Positions 23,319 through 33,900 of a stretch of DNA of 64,000 nucleotides are shown piece after piece. The stretch covers positions 3,841-67,840 of the forward strand of contig JAKBJL010000004.1 in NCBI GenBank assembly GCA_021836035.1, written 5' to 3'. The stretch's first letter is position 1, and each line of letters starts with the position of its first letter. Origin of the DNA: a bacterium (GTDB taxonomy: Bacteria > Patescibacteriota > Microgenomatia > JAMCZE01). The position numbers and the translations under genes are program-made. The notes beneath the pieces are model-generated. The model searched no databases. It was given only the letters and a program-made list of their open reading frames with translations, and was not told where the DNA came from.

Positions 23319-23551
23319 AAATTTTTTGCCAGAAGATTAGCAACTGTTTCTGTTGGCTTGGCACCGACGGAAAGCCAGTATTTTACCCGCTCATTGTTCA
23401 GGACGACCTTGGCAGGATCGAATTTAGGGTCGTAGGTGCCCAATACTTCGATCGCCCGGCCATTGCGTTTCTTATTTTCATCGATAGCAATAACGCGGTA
23501 GACCGGTTTACTAACTTTTCCTAATCTGGTTAAGCGAATTTTTACAGCCAT
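23315..23551 (-). CDS. rpsP: 30S ribosomal protein S16
   Basis: MAVKIRLTRLG, LGTYDP, WLSVGAKPTETV. Confidence 0.97.
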   Translation of the reverse strand: MAVKIRLTRLGKVSKPVYRVIAIDENKKRNGRAIEVLGTYDPKFDPAKVVLNNERVKYWLSVGAKPTETVANLLAKNL

Positions 23552-23564
23552 AAGACGGTTTATT

Positions 23565-24251
23565 TTAACTTTTTAACTTGACAATTGCAATGCGGGCGGC
23601 TTCCTGCTCTGCCTCCTGTTTGCTTTTCCCTGAACCTTCTCCGAGGAAATGTTCGCCAACGGAAACACCGATGAGGAAGGTTTTATCATGATCTGGTCCA
23701 ACCGTACTGATCACTTTGTAGGTCGGAGATAATTTTTGTTTCCGCTGGGTGATTTCCTGTAGTTTGCTTTTGAAATCCAGCTGATCTTTGTGTTTATTGA
23801 TATCGGCTACAATTGGAAAAAGATTTTCTCGGAGAAACTTGCGGGCGGCGGTTAACCCCTGGTCCAGATAAATAGCGCCCAGAACCGCCTCAAAGGTGTC
23901 TGCCAGGAGCGAGGTGTTTTCCCGCCCTCCGCTTCTTTCTTCTCCTTTGCTCATTAGAATGTGTTGCCCGAGAAGCAGTGAACGGGCAATGCTGGCAAGA
24001 GTTTGGGTTCTTACTAGTCCGGAACGGAGATTAGTGAGCTCACCTTCCGCATAGCGGGTGAAACGGCCATATAATTCCTCCGCTGTTAAAAGCGATAAAA
24101 CGCTGTCGCCTAAAAATTCCAGTCTTTCATTGGATTCTTTTACTTCCCGATTTTCGTTTAGGTAAGAGCGGTGGACTAAAGCTTGATTTAATAAGCGGAC
24201 ATCGCGGAATTTTATGTCTAATTGATTTTCCAGGGCGGATAGGTCTTTCAT
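23565..24251 (-). CDS. rnc: Ribonuclease III
   Basis: NERLEFLGDSVL, ADTFEAVLGAIYLD, dsRBD GPDHDKTF...GKSKQEAEQEAA. Confidence 0.97.
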   Translation of the reverse strand: MKDLSALENQLDIKFRDVRLLNQALVHRSYLNENREVKESNERLEFLGDSVLSLLTAEELYGRFTRYAEGELTNLRSGLVRTQTLASIARSLLLGQHILMSKGEERSGGRENTSLLADTFEAVLGAIYLDQGLTAARKFLRENLFPIVADINKHKDQLDFKSKLQEITQRKQKLSPTYKVISTVGPDHDKTFLIGVSVGEHFLGEGSGKSKQEAEQEAARIAIVKLKS

Positions 24252-24607
24252 TTTTGTTTAATCGCTTTGCCTAAAGCGCCGTTAATAAAAGAGGGGCTGT
24301 TCTCGCCCCCATATTCCTTGGCTAATTCGATAGCCTCATCGATAACGACCTTCACCGGCTCCGATTTTTTTATAAAAAGTTCGAAAACAGCTAAGCGCAG
24401 AATGGCCAGATCCACCGAGTTCATCCTTTCCTTAGGAAATTCCGGCGCCGAAGACTCGACTATTTTATCGATTAACTCCAGACGATCAATGACTTCTCTG
24501 GCGATCGGGTTATTAACCTTCTCCCGTGATTTTTGAAAGTTCCAGGAAAAAATCGCTTCTATAGCGTGTTCCCTCGCCAGGTGGCGTTTATCCTTCCGGG
24601 TGATCAT
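24248..24607 (-). CDS. nusB: Transcription antitermination factor NusB
   Basis: RHLAREHA, DLAILRLAVFEL, VVIDEAIELAKEYG, FINGALG. True start MITRKD, shorter than the ORF track. Confidence 0.94.
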   Translation of the reverse strand: MITRKDKRHLAREHAIEAIFSWNFQKSREKVNNPIAREVIDRLELIDKIVESSAPEFPKERMNSVDLAILRLAVFELFIKKSEPVKVVIDEAIELAKEYGGENSPSFINGALGKAIKQK

Positions 24608-24797
24608 GCGTTTTGGCAACTTTGGGGGAAAAGATCGATTTTCCGCGGAAATATCCGCAATATTTACAGGTTTGGTGCGGGTGAATGAGCTTCCCGCAAT
24701 TCGGACAGGGAATAAGATTTTTGACAAGCAAATTAATACTTTCCCGCCGTCTTCCCTGTCGCCTGGTAGATAATTTTCGTTTGGGTAAAGGTGTCAT
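24588..24797 (-). CDS. rpmF: 50S ribosomal protein L32 (zinc-binding form)
   Basis: MTPLPKRKLSTRRQGRRR, CPNCG...HQTCKYCGYFRG; C-terminal part of ORF 24588..24947. Confidence 0.95.
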   Translation of the reverse strand: MTPLPKRKLSTRRQGRRRESINLLVKNLIPCPNCGKLIHPHQTCKYCGYFRGKSIFSPKVAKTHDHPEG

Positions 24798-24799
24798 AT

Positions 24800-26860
24800 T
24801 TAATTTGGTGCTACCCCAATTGTAGCTTCCATAAGCGTTTTTCGCAATAACGGAAAGGCTTCCGGCCGGGCGATTACCTCCTTGGCCAGCTTGTCCGCTC
24901 TCTCCACCAGCGATAAATTGTCGAAGCTGGCGATTTTCAACCCCCATTTACCGTGTTGAGCAAGCCCGTAGCGCTCTCCCGGTCCGCGGAATTTTAAGTC
25001 CATTTCCGCTAATTCCAGACCGTCATGAATAGTTTCCAAATTTTTAAGGCGTTTAGCGGTCCAGGGTGATTCGTTTTGGGAAAAGAGCAGACAATAAGCC
25101 TGTTCAGTGCCCCGGCCGACCCTCCCCCGGAGTTGGTGCAGCTGTGCAAGCCCAAAACGGTCTGCGCCTTCAATTAGCATAATGTTTGCCTGGGGAATAT
25201 CAATGCCCACCTCGACCACTGGGGTAGCTACGAGGATGTCTAATTCTCCCCGGCGGAATTCGGTCAGAATCCGCTCTTTTTCCTTGGGGCGCATGCGTCC
25301 GTGGAGGAGTCCTAGTTTCAGATCGGGAAATATTTCTTTGCGGAGTTTTTCGTATTCGGCCTTGGCGGATTTAACCGTTAGAAGAGTTTCTGCCTCTGAC
25401 TCCTCTATGAGCGGGCAAATAATAAATGTTTGGGTGTTTTGTTTTTTAATCCATTGATAAGCGGCCATGCGCTTTTCCGGCGGTACCAGCCAGGTTTTTA
25501 CGCGCTGCCTGTTTTTGGGCATCTCGTCTAATACGGAGATATCCAGATCGCCGTATAAAGTCAAAGCAATTGTTCTGGGAATTGGCGTAGCGGTCATGGT
25601 CAGAACATGCGGGTTTAAGCCCTTGGCTGTCAATTTTGCCCTTTGTTCTACCCCGAAACGATGTTGCTCATCAATAACCACTAACCCCAGCTTGTTAAAA
25701 TTTAATTTATCGGAAAGTAGTGCGTGGGTTCCGACGACGACATCATAGCCGGTATAGTCTTTGCGGGATCCGGTGGCAATACCGACACCGATTCCCAGAG
25801 GAGACAACAATTCCTGAAGGGTTTTAAAATGTTGTTCGGCCAGAATTTCCGTAGGAGCCATAAGTACAGCCTGAAAGCCATTTAAATAAGCCGCGAGCAT
25901 GGCCAGTGCAGCCACCACGGTTTTTCCCGAACCGACATCACCCTGAAGCAAGCGGTTCATCGGCGTTTCTCGGGCCAAATCGCGATATATTTCATTAATT
26001 ACTCTTTTTTGGGCTCCGGTCAGGGTAAACGGCAAGCCGGAGACCACTAGTTTCAATTTGCTGCTGACCTCTACAATTTTAAATTTATTGCCGACGGTTT
26101 TTTGCTGCCATTCTTCTTTTCTTTGTTTTGCCTCCAGTTGCGAAATCAGCAGTTCGTCAAAAGCCAATCTTTCGCGCGCTTTCCCGGCTTGTTCTAAATT
26201 TTGGGGAAAATGGACTTGGAATACGGCTTGTTCCAAAGGTATAACTTGATATTTTTCCCGGATATTATCGTCAAGATAGTCTTTAAGGGCAATTTGCTTC
26301 GAGCTGATAGCTTTCAGCAAATGGTTTATTCTATTACGGATCCATTTACTGGTAATGCCGTAAGTCTCAGGGTAAATTGGTACTAAACGTCCCGTATGGA
26401 TAGTATCCTCAGCCTGTTGTGCCGACTTTCCCGGAAGCAGAACAGGGAGAATTTCATAAACGGGTGATTCCAGGTGTAATTTGTGTCCGTCACGGATAAT
26501 TTTACCGGAAAGACTGATACGGTTTCCGGCGCTAATGGTTCTGGTTAGAAATCTTTGGTTGAACCACAATACTTCCAATTTCCCCGTCTCGTCGGCGATT
26601 TCCGCTACCTGCAGGGCAAAACCGCGCCGGGTATATTGATTTTTAAGGGAAACCACTTTACCCTGGACGGTCACAATCTCCCCCTCCTGTAAAGAAGCAA
26701 TATTTGATTTGACGGAAAAGTCTTCATAGCGGGAAGGCAGATGATATAAAAGATCGCTCACAGTCCGGATACCTAACTTTGATAGCCTGCGGGCATATGT
26801 TGGTCCGATCAGGTAAATCCGGGAAATAGGTGTAAAAAGGTTTAATTTTTCAGAGTCCAC
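24800..26860 (-). CDS. recG: ATP-dependent DNA helicase RecG
   Basis: Wedge OB fold, RLLQGDVGSGKT, DEQHRFG, MTATPIPRT, QLRGRVGR. Confidence 0.97.
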   Translation of the reverse strand: MDSEKLNLFTPISRIYLIGPTYARRLSKLGIRTVSDLLYHLPSRYEDFSVKSNIASLQEGEIVTVQGKVVSLKNQYTRRGFALQVAEIADETGKLEVLWFNQRFLTRTISAGNRISLSGKIIRDGHKLHLESPVYEILPVLLPGKSAQQAEDTIHTGRLVPIYPETYGITSKWIRNRINHLLKAISSKQIALKDYLDDNIREKYQVIPLEQAVFQVHFPQNLEQAGKARERLAFDELLISQLEAKQRKEEWQQKTVGNKFKIVEVSSKLKLVVSGLPFTLTGAQKRVINEIYRDLARETPMNRLLQGDVGSGKTVVAALAMLAAYLNGFQAVLMAPTEILAEQHFKTLQELLSPLGIGVGIATGSRKDYTGYDVVVGTHALLSDKLNFNKLGLVVIDEQHRFGVEQRAKLTAKGLNPHVLTMTATPIPRTIALTLYGDLDISVLDEMPKNRQRVKTWLVPPEKRMAAYQWIKKQNTQTFIICPLIEESEAETLLTVKSAKAEYEKLRKEIFPDLKLGLLHGRMRPKEKERILTEFRRGELDILVATPVVEVGIDIPQANIMLIEGADRFGLAQLHQLRGRVGRGTEQAYCLLFSQNESPWTAKRLKNLETIHDGLELAEMDLKFRGPGERYGLAQHGKWGLKIASFDNLSLVERADKLAKEVIARPEAFPLLRKTLMEATIGVAPN

Positions 26861-26897
26861 AGGCTTATTATATCTTCTTTGGCCGGCAGTGCGGCGC

Positions 26898-27002
26898 TTA
26901 GCGCAAAGATAGCAGTGGCAGAAGCGAAGTAGCTACCAAGGCGATGGAAGAAATAGCGATTAAAATTTTTAGGAATTTCTCGTGCTTTCTAAAAAAGTTC
27001 AT
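26898..27002 (-). CDS. Small 34-aa membrane protein (not in ORF track)
   Basis: MNFFRKHEKFLKILIAISSIALVATSLLPLLSLR*: basic N-terminus and one TM helix; fills the tyrS-recG gap in the same direction. Confidence 0.65.
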   Translation of the reverse strand: MNFFRKHEKFLKILIAISSIALVATSLLPLLSLR

Positions 27003-27024
27003 AATATTAACGGCTAGCGGTTAG

Positions 27025-28203
27025 CTAAGCGAATTTTAAAAATTTTGTTTTTCCGATTTTTAAAATATCACCCGTGTTTATTTTAACATTTTCACCACGG
27101 TGTAGCACTGTGCCGGAGCACTCAACTGCCCCCTGTTCTAAAAGTCTCTTGGCCTCGGTATGGCTAACTTGGCCATATTCAGCAACCAAATTTTCCGCGT
27201 CTACAACATTGCTAGCGGGTGTCGGAACTTGGGGAAGATCCGCTTCGGCTAAGTTCTTTTCCTGAAAAGTTTTGGCAAATTTTTCCTGGGCTTTATCCGC
27301 AGCTATAGTACTGTGCAATTCGCTGACGATTTGATATGCAAGTTCCTTTTTCAAAATCATCGGGTTCTCACCTTTTTTTAACCTCTCCCCTACTTCCTTT
27401 ACCTTCTCCATAGAAACATTTGTGGCTAGGGTAAAATATTGTACGATTAAATTATCGCGCAGAGACATGGCTTTGCCGTACATTTCTTCGGGTGCATCTT
27501 CAATCCAAATAGCATTGCCCCAACTTTTACTCATTCGCCGACCGTCTGTTCCTTCCAAGATAGAATTGGTCATCGCGAATGACTCTCGTCGGTCAAAATC
27601 CTTAATGAGGGTTCTCCCGGCCTGGATATTAAAAATTTGTTCGGTACCTCCTATCTGCAGGTCGGTGTTTAAGTGATAACTATCGTAACCTTGAGCCAAC
27701 GGATAAAGTACCTCGGCCAAATTGATGCTGCCACCTTCACTCAGGCGCTTTTTTATGAGTTCCCGGCTGATAAAATCGTTGAGTGAGAAATGCCGGGCAA
27801 ACTTAATTGCATCACGCATGGTTAATTTATCCAACCATTCACTATTTCGCGCTACTCTCACTTTTGAAAAATCTAGTAATTTTTCTGCTTGTTTTTTATA
27901 GGTTTGCCAGTTATTTTCAATCTGTTCCTCTGTTAGCTGCGGTCTTTCGGTATTTTTGTCGGAGGTATCTCCGATAAACGCGGTGAAATCACCGATGAGG
28001 AAGGTTACCCGATGCCCCATCTCAACTAGTTGTTGCAGCTTCCTTAAGGGGACCGCGTGACCCAAATGAATACGGACGGCTGTAGGGTCAACGCCATTAT
28101 AAATATTTAATATTTTTCCCGATTTCAATAGTTTCGCCAATTCCTCTTTACCGGGAACAATGGTTTCCACTCCCCGGGTTAATAATTCTTCTATCGGATC
28201 CAT
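27025..28203 (-). CDS. tyrS: Tyrosyl-tRNA synthetase
   Basis: GVDPTAVRIHLGH, YPLAQGYD, QIGGTEQ, RMSKS, C-terminal S4. Start MDPIEE. Confidence 0.96.
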   Translation of the reverse strand: MDPIEELLTRGVETIVPGKEELAKLLKSGKILNIYNGVDPTAVRIHLGHAVPLRKLQQLVEMGHRVTFLIGDFTAFIGDTSDKNTERPQLTEEQIENNWQTYKKQAEKLLDFSKVRVARNSEWLDKLTMRDAIKFARHFSLNDFISRELIKKRLSEGGSINLAEVLYPLAQGYDSYHLNTDLQIGGTEQIFNIQAGRTLIKDFDRRESFAMTNSILEGTDGRRMSKSWGNAIWIEDAPEEMYGKAMSLRDNLIVQYFTLATNVSMEKVKEVGERLKKGENPMILKKELAYQIVSELHSTIAADKAQEKFAKTFQEKNLAEADLPQVPTPASNVVDAENLVAEYGQVSHTEAKRLLEQGAVECSGTVLHRGENVKINTGDILKIGKTKFLKFA

Positions 28204-28261
28204 AAACTTATTATATCCGGAAGCTTTAGAAAATCCACCTACTATGCTAAACTGATGAGGC

Positions 28262-30838
28262 ATGCTCGATCGGTTCCGCGAGTATTTTTACACTCCCAGC
28301 GGTCATTTTCTATGGCTTAAATTTTTCTCCGTCTTCGCCTTTTTGGGTGTCATATTCGTCTTCCTGGCTACAGCGGTAGTTTTTGCCGTCTTCTCTTTTG
28401 ATTTGCCCGACCCCAATAAGGTTATCAGGCGCGAAGGTTATGCGACGATTATCTACGACCGTAACGGGAAAACGCTTTATGATGTCTATAACAAGGAAAA
28501 GCGCATCCCCCTGGAACTTAAAGATATGCCTCGGTATCTACGGCTGGCGACTATTTCTATTGAAGATAAGGATTTTTATAAACACCAGGGCTACTCTCTT
28601 ACCGGAATACTCCGGGCGATAAAAAATATTGTTACCTTACAGGGCCTCTCTGGTGGTTCTACTTTAACCCAGCAGCTGGTTAAAACGGTTCTGCTTTCGC
28701 CGGAACAAACCGTGATGCGTAAAATTCGGGAAGTGATTTTGGCTAACCAGATCGAAAAGAAATTTTCCAAAGACCAGATTCTCCAAATGTACCTTAATGA
28801 AGTTCCTTATGGTGGTTCTGCCTACGGGGTAGAGTCCGCTTCACGTACTTATTTTAATAAATCAGCAAAAGATTTGGATTTAACTGAATCGGCGATTTTG
28901 GCCGGTCTGCCGCAACAGCCGACTAATTATTCGCCCTTCGGTTCACATCCGAAAGCTTATGTTGACCGTACCAAGAGCGTTTTGCGAAGGATGCGCGAAG
29001 ATGGCTATATTAGCGATCAGCAGGAAACTAACGCCCTGAAAGAGCTTGCAACAATGCAATTTGCCAGCGCTTCCGCCGGAATTAAAGCGCCGCACTTCGT
29101 GTTTTATGTCAAGGATCAATTGGTCTCCCGATTCGGCGAACAGATGGTGGAATCCGGAGGTTTGCGGGTGACAACGACTTTGGATTGGGATTTAGAGGAA
29201 CAGGCGGAAAAAATTGTTAATGAGGAGGTTAATAAAATTAAAAAACTGAAAGTCAGCAACGGCGGCTCCATAGTTCTTAATCCTCAAACCGGAGAAATAC
29301 TATCGATGGTGGGTTCTTACGATTATTTTGATAAAGACTTCGGGTCTTATAACATCACTACTGCCCTCCGCCAGCCGGGCTCCGCCGGTAAACCTTTTAT
29401 TTACGCCACCGCTTTTGCTAAGGGGTACACTCCGGCAACCATGCTGATGGATGTAAAGACCGACTACCAAAGCGGTGATCCTCTGCACCCGATTTATACC
29501 CCGGAAAATTATGATTTGAAATATCGCGGACCGTTGCAGCTTCGTTTTGCGCTCGGTAATTCCATCAATACCCTGGCGGTTAAGTTAACCGCCCTGGCGG
29601 GTTTGCGGGATATTATGACCACCGGTTACAACGCCGGCATATCTACTTGGGAGCCGACCGATGAGAACATGAAAACGGTTGGTTTATCGCTGGCCTTAGG
29701 AGGCCGGGAAGTAAAACTATTGGATCTAACAAGCGCTTACGGTGTTTTTGCCACCGGTGGAATCAGGAATGAACCGGTGTCAATTTTAAAAGTGACAGAC
29801 AGCAGCGGAAAAGTCTTATACGAATATCGTCCGGTCACCGGAAGGCGGGTCTTTTCCGAAGAGGTCAGTTTTCTTATTTCCCATATTTTAGCGGACAATA
29901 ACGCTCGTAAGGATGTTTTTGGGGAAAGTAATTTACTGCAGATCGGGGGAAAAACGGTAGCGGTCAAAACAGGAACGACGGATCAAAAGAGAGATAATTG
30001 GGCGATAGGTTATACTCCTTCCCGCGCGATCGGCGTTTGGGTCGGAAATAATAATAATTCTATGATGGACCCCAAGATTGCTTCCGGGGTCACGGGTGCT
30101 ACTCCGATTTGGAATCGCCTGACTAAAGCAGCGTTAAAAGGTCTGCCCAATGAAGAATTTAAGAAGCCGGACGATGTCATCGCTTTGGTTATTGACGCTT
30201 TGGGCGGCGGTTTGCCCCATGGTTCTGACCCGACCAGAAGCGAATACTTTATTAAAGGAACGGAACCGGTAGGATTGGCCGCAATTTATAAAAAATTGAA
30301 AATTTCCAAGGCCAACGGGAAACTAGCTAACGATCTGGAAATCCGGCTGGGAGATTATGAGGAGAAAGAATATATTGTCATTAACGAAAATGATCCGGTA
30401 AGTAATGACGGGAAAAACCGTTGGCAGGAGGGAATTGATAAATGGGTGAATGATAACCGCAAAGATGATTCTCGTTACCACCCGCCGACTGATACATCCG
30501 ACGCCCGCAGTAATTCGGTAGTTATCCAAACGGAAAATCCCCAGGATCATGCGCGCATTGACAGCAACGATGTTCCCGTAAAGGCAAAAGCTTTTTCGGC
30601 GCGCAGTATCGTTAAATTTACTGTTTATGTTGACGGAACGGAGAAATTGAATAAAGACGGGGATACGATTGATGATAAGCTAAGTGGCGTACCCGATGGC
30701 CCGCATGAAATCAAATTCCGGGCCACGGATTCCGCGGGTAATTCCAGCGATTCCGCTGTGAGAATTGGGGTAAAAACGGATTGGGATTATACAGTACCTA
30801 CACCTACCCCCACCACGACCCCGACCCCTACCCCTTAA
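28262..30838 (+). CDS. Class A penicillin-binding protein (transglycosylase-transpeptidase) with C-terminal Ig-like domain and PT tail
   Basis: EDKDFYKH, GGSTLTQQLVK, RKIRE; SxxK (SAGK), SxN (SIN), KTG; ends TPTPTTTPTPTP. Confidence 0.95.
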   Translation: MLDRFREYFYTPSGHFLWLKFFSVFAFLGVIFVFLATAVVFAVFSFDLPDPNKVIRREGYATIIYDRNGKTLYDVYNKEKRIPLELKDMPRYLRLATISIEDKDFYKHQGYSLTGILRAIKNIVTLQGLSGGSTLTQQLVKTVLLSPEQTVMRKIREVILANQIEKKFSKDQILQMYLNEVPYGGSAYGVESASRTYFNKSAKDLDLTESAILAGLPQQPTNYSPFGSHPKAYVDRTKSVLRRMREDGYISDQQETNALKELATMQFASASAGIKAPHFVFYVKDQLVSRFGEQMVESGGLRVTTTLDWDLEEQAEKIVNEEVNKIKKLKVSNGGSIVLNPQTGEILSMVGSYDYFDKDFGSYNITTALRQPGSAGKPFIYATAFAKGYTPATMLMDVKTDYQSGDPLHPIYTPENYDLKYRGPLQLRFALGNSINTLAVKLTALAGLRDIMTTGYNAGISTWEPTDENMKTVGLSLALGGREVKLLDLTSAYGVFATGGIRNEPVSILKVTDSSGKVLYEYRPVTGRRVFSEEVSFLISHILADNNARKDVFGESNLLQIGGKTVAVKTGTTDQKRDNWAIGYTPSRAIGVWVGNNNNSMMDPKIASGVTGATPIWNRLTKAALKGLPNEEFKKPDDVIALVIDALGGGLPHGSDPTRSEYFIKGTEPVGLAAIYKKLKISKANGKLANDLEIRLGDYEEKEYIVINENDPVSNDGKNRWQEGIDKWVNDNRKDDSRYHPPTDTSDARSNSVVIQTENPQDHARIDSNDVPVKAKAFSARSIVKFTVYVDGTEKLNKDGDTIDDKLSGVPDGPHEIKFRATDSAGNSSDSAVRIGVKTDWDYTVPTPTPTTTPTPTP

Positions 30839-30842
30839 TATC

Positions 30843-32852
30843 TTATTTTTCTTTTGGTTTTATCTGGAATTCCCCTTTTAAATTAGCAAGGATTTTGGCG
30901 CGTATTTTAGCAACTTCGGCATCTGCCAAATTTTTTGTCGGATTAAGATAATTAATGCGGAAGGTTTTATTTTCTTCGTGGGAAGCAATCAGTTTTACCG
31001 TATTGACAAGCTTGCTGCTAATTTTAATGGTATCTAGTACGTCGCCTACTAAAACTTTATCCGGGATTGCCAGTGTTAAATCTTCAATGATGGCGGGGTA
31101 TTTTGTTATCGGTTGGTAGGTTTTTACTTTACCGGCTAAGCTTTTGAGTAGATCGAAATCCAATTCCCAATAAACGGCCCTTCCTTTGATGCCAAATTTG
31201 GTAAGCAGGTTGGGGTGTAGTTCGGCGATATATCCTAGGTTTTTCTCTTTGGGCATCGGGATTTTCGCGGTGCGTGCGGGATGAAACCAGGCATTATTTG
31301 CTTCTTCGGCAGGTAAAATTTGGGAGTCAATCCCTAAATCGTTGAATATTAGTTCTATTATTCCTTTGGCCTCCGAAAATCTTTCGCCGTTTAAAATTCC
31401 CGCCAGTTGATATCTTTCCTCATATTTGTCCAAAGATCTGCCCTGATATATCCTTCCCAATTCGAAGACCTTGATATCCGTAAAATTAGGCAGGTTAGTT
31501 TTTAGGGCTTCCAGGAGATTTCCCAAAAGATCAGGGCGCAAATATTCGTATTCATGAGAAATCGGGTTTTGAATTTTTAATGCTTCCCGGGGATCGATTC
31601 CCAGTTTGACTAATTGGTCGGCGGAAATTAAGGAATAGGAATAAATTTCCCCGAAACCCGCACCCTTGAGGATTTCCTTGACGCGGAAGTCTAAACCGGT
31701 ATCGTAAGAATAGGCTACTTTTTCGATGGGAACAACACCGGCGGGTAAAGTTTTCGGGAAGCGGTTGTAGCCATAAAGCCTCCCTACTTCCTCAATGAGG
31801 TCTTCGGGGATATGTAAGTCGTTGCGGAAAGTTGGGACCGTGACTTCATAAACCCCGTTTGCTTCGAGAGCTTCCAACTCTAGCCGCTTAAAAATTTCCT
31901 TGACCCCTTGGGGATCAATTTTAATACACAGCAGGTTCTCGATTTGCTCATGACTAACAGAAACCGTCCAAGGCCGGAATTCGTCTTTCTTGATATCGAT
32001 TAAGTCGCTTCCCACCGTCCCTCCGCCCAGGTCTAAGACAAGCTGTAGGGCCCTGTAGAGCGCTTTTACCGTTCCGCCGGGATCTGCGCCTCTCTCAAAG
32101 ATTGCTGATGCGTCTGAGCGTAAACCCAAAGCTTGAGAAGTGCGGCGGACACGAGTCCCATTATAAATAGGTACATGGAGCAGGATATTTCTGGTGGTTT
32201 GGCTTACTGCGGTATTCTCCCCGCCTTTAATGCCGCAAAGATCAATTACCCGACCTAAGTCTTTGATAATGATCGCGTCCTTCGGCAATTTATAGTTTAT
32301 CCCGTCAAGGCTGCGGAAATCTTCCCCACCGCGAGCTTCCTCAACGACCATTTTCTTACCCCGGATTTTGTCATAGTCAAAGACATGCAGAGGATTACCT
32401 AATTCCCACATTACATAATTAGTAATATCCACCAAGTTATTGATCGGACGCAAACCTACCTGCTTGAGGCGTTTTTGCAGCCAATCTGGTGAAGGCTTTA
32501 CGACTACCCCTTTGACAATAATCGCGGTACAGCGCGGACAAAGGGCAAAGTTATTGATGATTTTAATTTCCATCGGTATACCTCTGGTCTTATAATCATG
32601 AGAAAAAGTCTTCTTCTCGTCGCTATGGGCTTTAAGTTTAGTATTGATTACTGCTGCAATTTCGCGGGCTGTGCCATAGGCGCAAAGGAGATCTGGCCGA
32701 TTAGGAGTTACTTCTGGATCTAATATCGTATCCCCTTCTTTTTCTTCCCATTTTTCTATTGTTAGACCTGCCTCACTCAATTTTACAGCTAGCTCCCCGA
32801 TCGGGATTTTAAATTCCGTAAATTCTTTTAACCAGCTTAATGGCATTAACAT
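30843..32852 (-). CDS. pheT: Phenylalanyl-tRNA synthetase beta subunit (lacks B2 OB domain)
   Basis: TPNRPD, INNLVDITNYVM, FERG, RNDL..EDLIEEVGR, C-terminal anticodon-binding domain. Confidence 0.96.
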   Translation of the reverse strand: MLMPLSWLKEFTEFKIPIGELAVKLSEAGLTIEKWEEKEGDTILDPEVTPNRPDLLCAYGTAREIAAVINTKLKAHSDEKKTFSHDYKTRGIPMEIKIINNFALCPRCTAIIVKGVVVKPSPDWLQKRLKQVGLRPINNLVDITNYVMWELGNPLHVFDYDKIRGKKMVVEEARGGEDFRSLDGINYKLPKDAIIIKDLGRVIDLCGIKGGENTAVSQTTRNILLHVPIYNGTRVRRTSQALGLRSDASAIFERGADPGGTVKALYRALQLVLDLGGGTVGSDLIDIKKDEFRPWTVSVSHEQIENLLCIKIDPQGVKEIFKRLELEALEANGVYEVTVPTFRNDLHIPEDLIEEVGRLYGYNRFPKTLPAGVVPIEKVAYSYDTGLDFRVKEILKGAGFGEIYSYSLISADQLVKLGIDPREALKIQNPISHEYEYLRPDLLGNLLEALKTNLPNFTDIKVFELGRIYQGRSLDKYEERYQLAGILNGERFSEAKGIIELIFNDLGIDSQILPAEEANNAWFHPARTAKIPMPKEKNLGYIAELHPNLLTKFGIKGRAVYWELDFDLLKSLAGKVKTYQPITKYPAIIEDLTLAIPDKVLVGDVLDTIKISSKLVNTVKLIASHEENKTFRINYLNPTKNLADAEVAKIRAKILANLKGEFQIKPKEK

Positions 32853-32856
32853 ATTT

Positions 32857-33900
32857 TTAGAATTGCTCTAAAACCCGCATGTCCAGGCTATGTAACAAGC
32901 GAATGTCGTCGAGTTGATAACGCAGGATGGCTAAACGGGTTAATCCCATGCCGAAAGCAAAGCCGGTATAAATATGCGGGTCCATGCCGGCGAATTTTAA
33001 AACATGAGGGTGAATCATTCCCGAACCTAATACTTCACTCCAACCTTGATTTTTACAATATGCGCAACCTTTGCCGCCGCAAATGGTACAGCGGATATAG
33101 GCTTCAACACTGGGCTCGGTAAAGTCGAAGTGGGTAGCGTAAAACTTTACCTCGGTTCCCGGAATTAGTTCTTTCAGGAAATAATCTACGGTTCCCAATA
33201 AATCAGTTAAGGAGATTCCGCGATCCACGACAAATCCTTCAAATTGGTAAAACTCAATATTATGAGAAGCATCAACATCGTCAACGCGGTAACATTTTCC
33301 CGGAACCAAAACCCGCAGGGGCGGTTTGCTCTTTTCCATAACCCGCGACTGCATATTAGAAGTATGGGTCCGCAGAAGAATTTCCCCCGGCTGGACTTTA
33401 CTTCCGCGCGGGTCTAAATAAAAAGAAGCCTGCGTGTCGCGCGACGGCGAGTCCGGCGGCATGTTTACTTTTTCAAAGTTGTAATTGTCTGTTTCGATTT
33501 CCGGTCCGGCGGCAATTTGAAAACCTAAGCGTCGGGAAAGGGAAATCACATCTGCCAGGGTCTGTGTCAGTGGGTGCAGATGGCCTTCCGGGGGCCTAAT
33601 TCCCGGTATGGTCACATCAATCCATTCAGCTTCAGCGATATTTTCCTCCCTCTCTTTTTGTAACAGGGCTTTTTGCCGCTCAAGCGCATCCTCAATCATT
33701 TTTTTGACCTCGTTGGCAAAGCGGCCAACAATAACTTTCTGATCCGGTTCCAGTTCCGGGATTTTTTTGATGACCAGAGTCAATTTTCCGGAGTTTTTCC
33801 CCAAATATTCCACCCGGATCTTCTCCAGTTCATTATTGTCACGCACAGCCATGATTTGTGCCAGGGCTTCGTTTTTCAGGTTCAATAACTTTTCCTGCAT
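32857..33900 (-). CDS. pheS: Phenylalanyl-tRNA synthetase alpha subunit
   Basis: LLRTHTS, FYQFEG, FTEPS, GSGMIHP, GFAFGMG. Confidence 0.97.
   Translation of the reverse strand: MQEKLLNLKNEALAQIMAVRDNNELEKIRVEYLGKNSGKLTLVIKKIPELEPDQKVIVGRFANEVKKMIEDALERQKALLQKEREENIAEAEWIDVTIPGIRPPEGHLHPLTQTLADVISLSRRLGFQIAAGPEIETDNYNFEKVNMPPDSPSRDTQASFYLDPRGSKVQPGEILLRTHTSNMQSRVMEKSKPPLRVLVPGKCYRVDDVDASHNIEFYQFEGFVVDRGISLTDLLGTVDYFLKELIPGTEVKFYATHFDFTEPSVEAYIRCTICGGKGCAYCKNQGWSEVLGSGMIHPHVLKFAGMDPHIYTGFAFGMGLTRLAILRYQLDDIRLLHSLDMRVLEQF

Noticed and set aside
24608-24947. N-terminal extensions of nusB (to 24727) and rpmF (to 24947)
   Set aside because: They overlap neighbouring genes; family motifs begin at 24607 and 24797.
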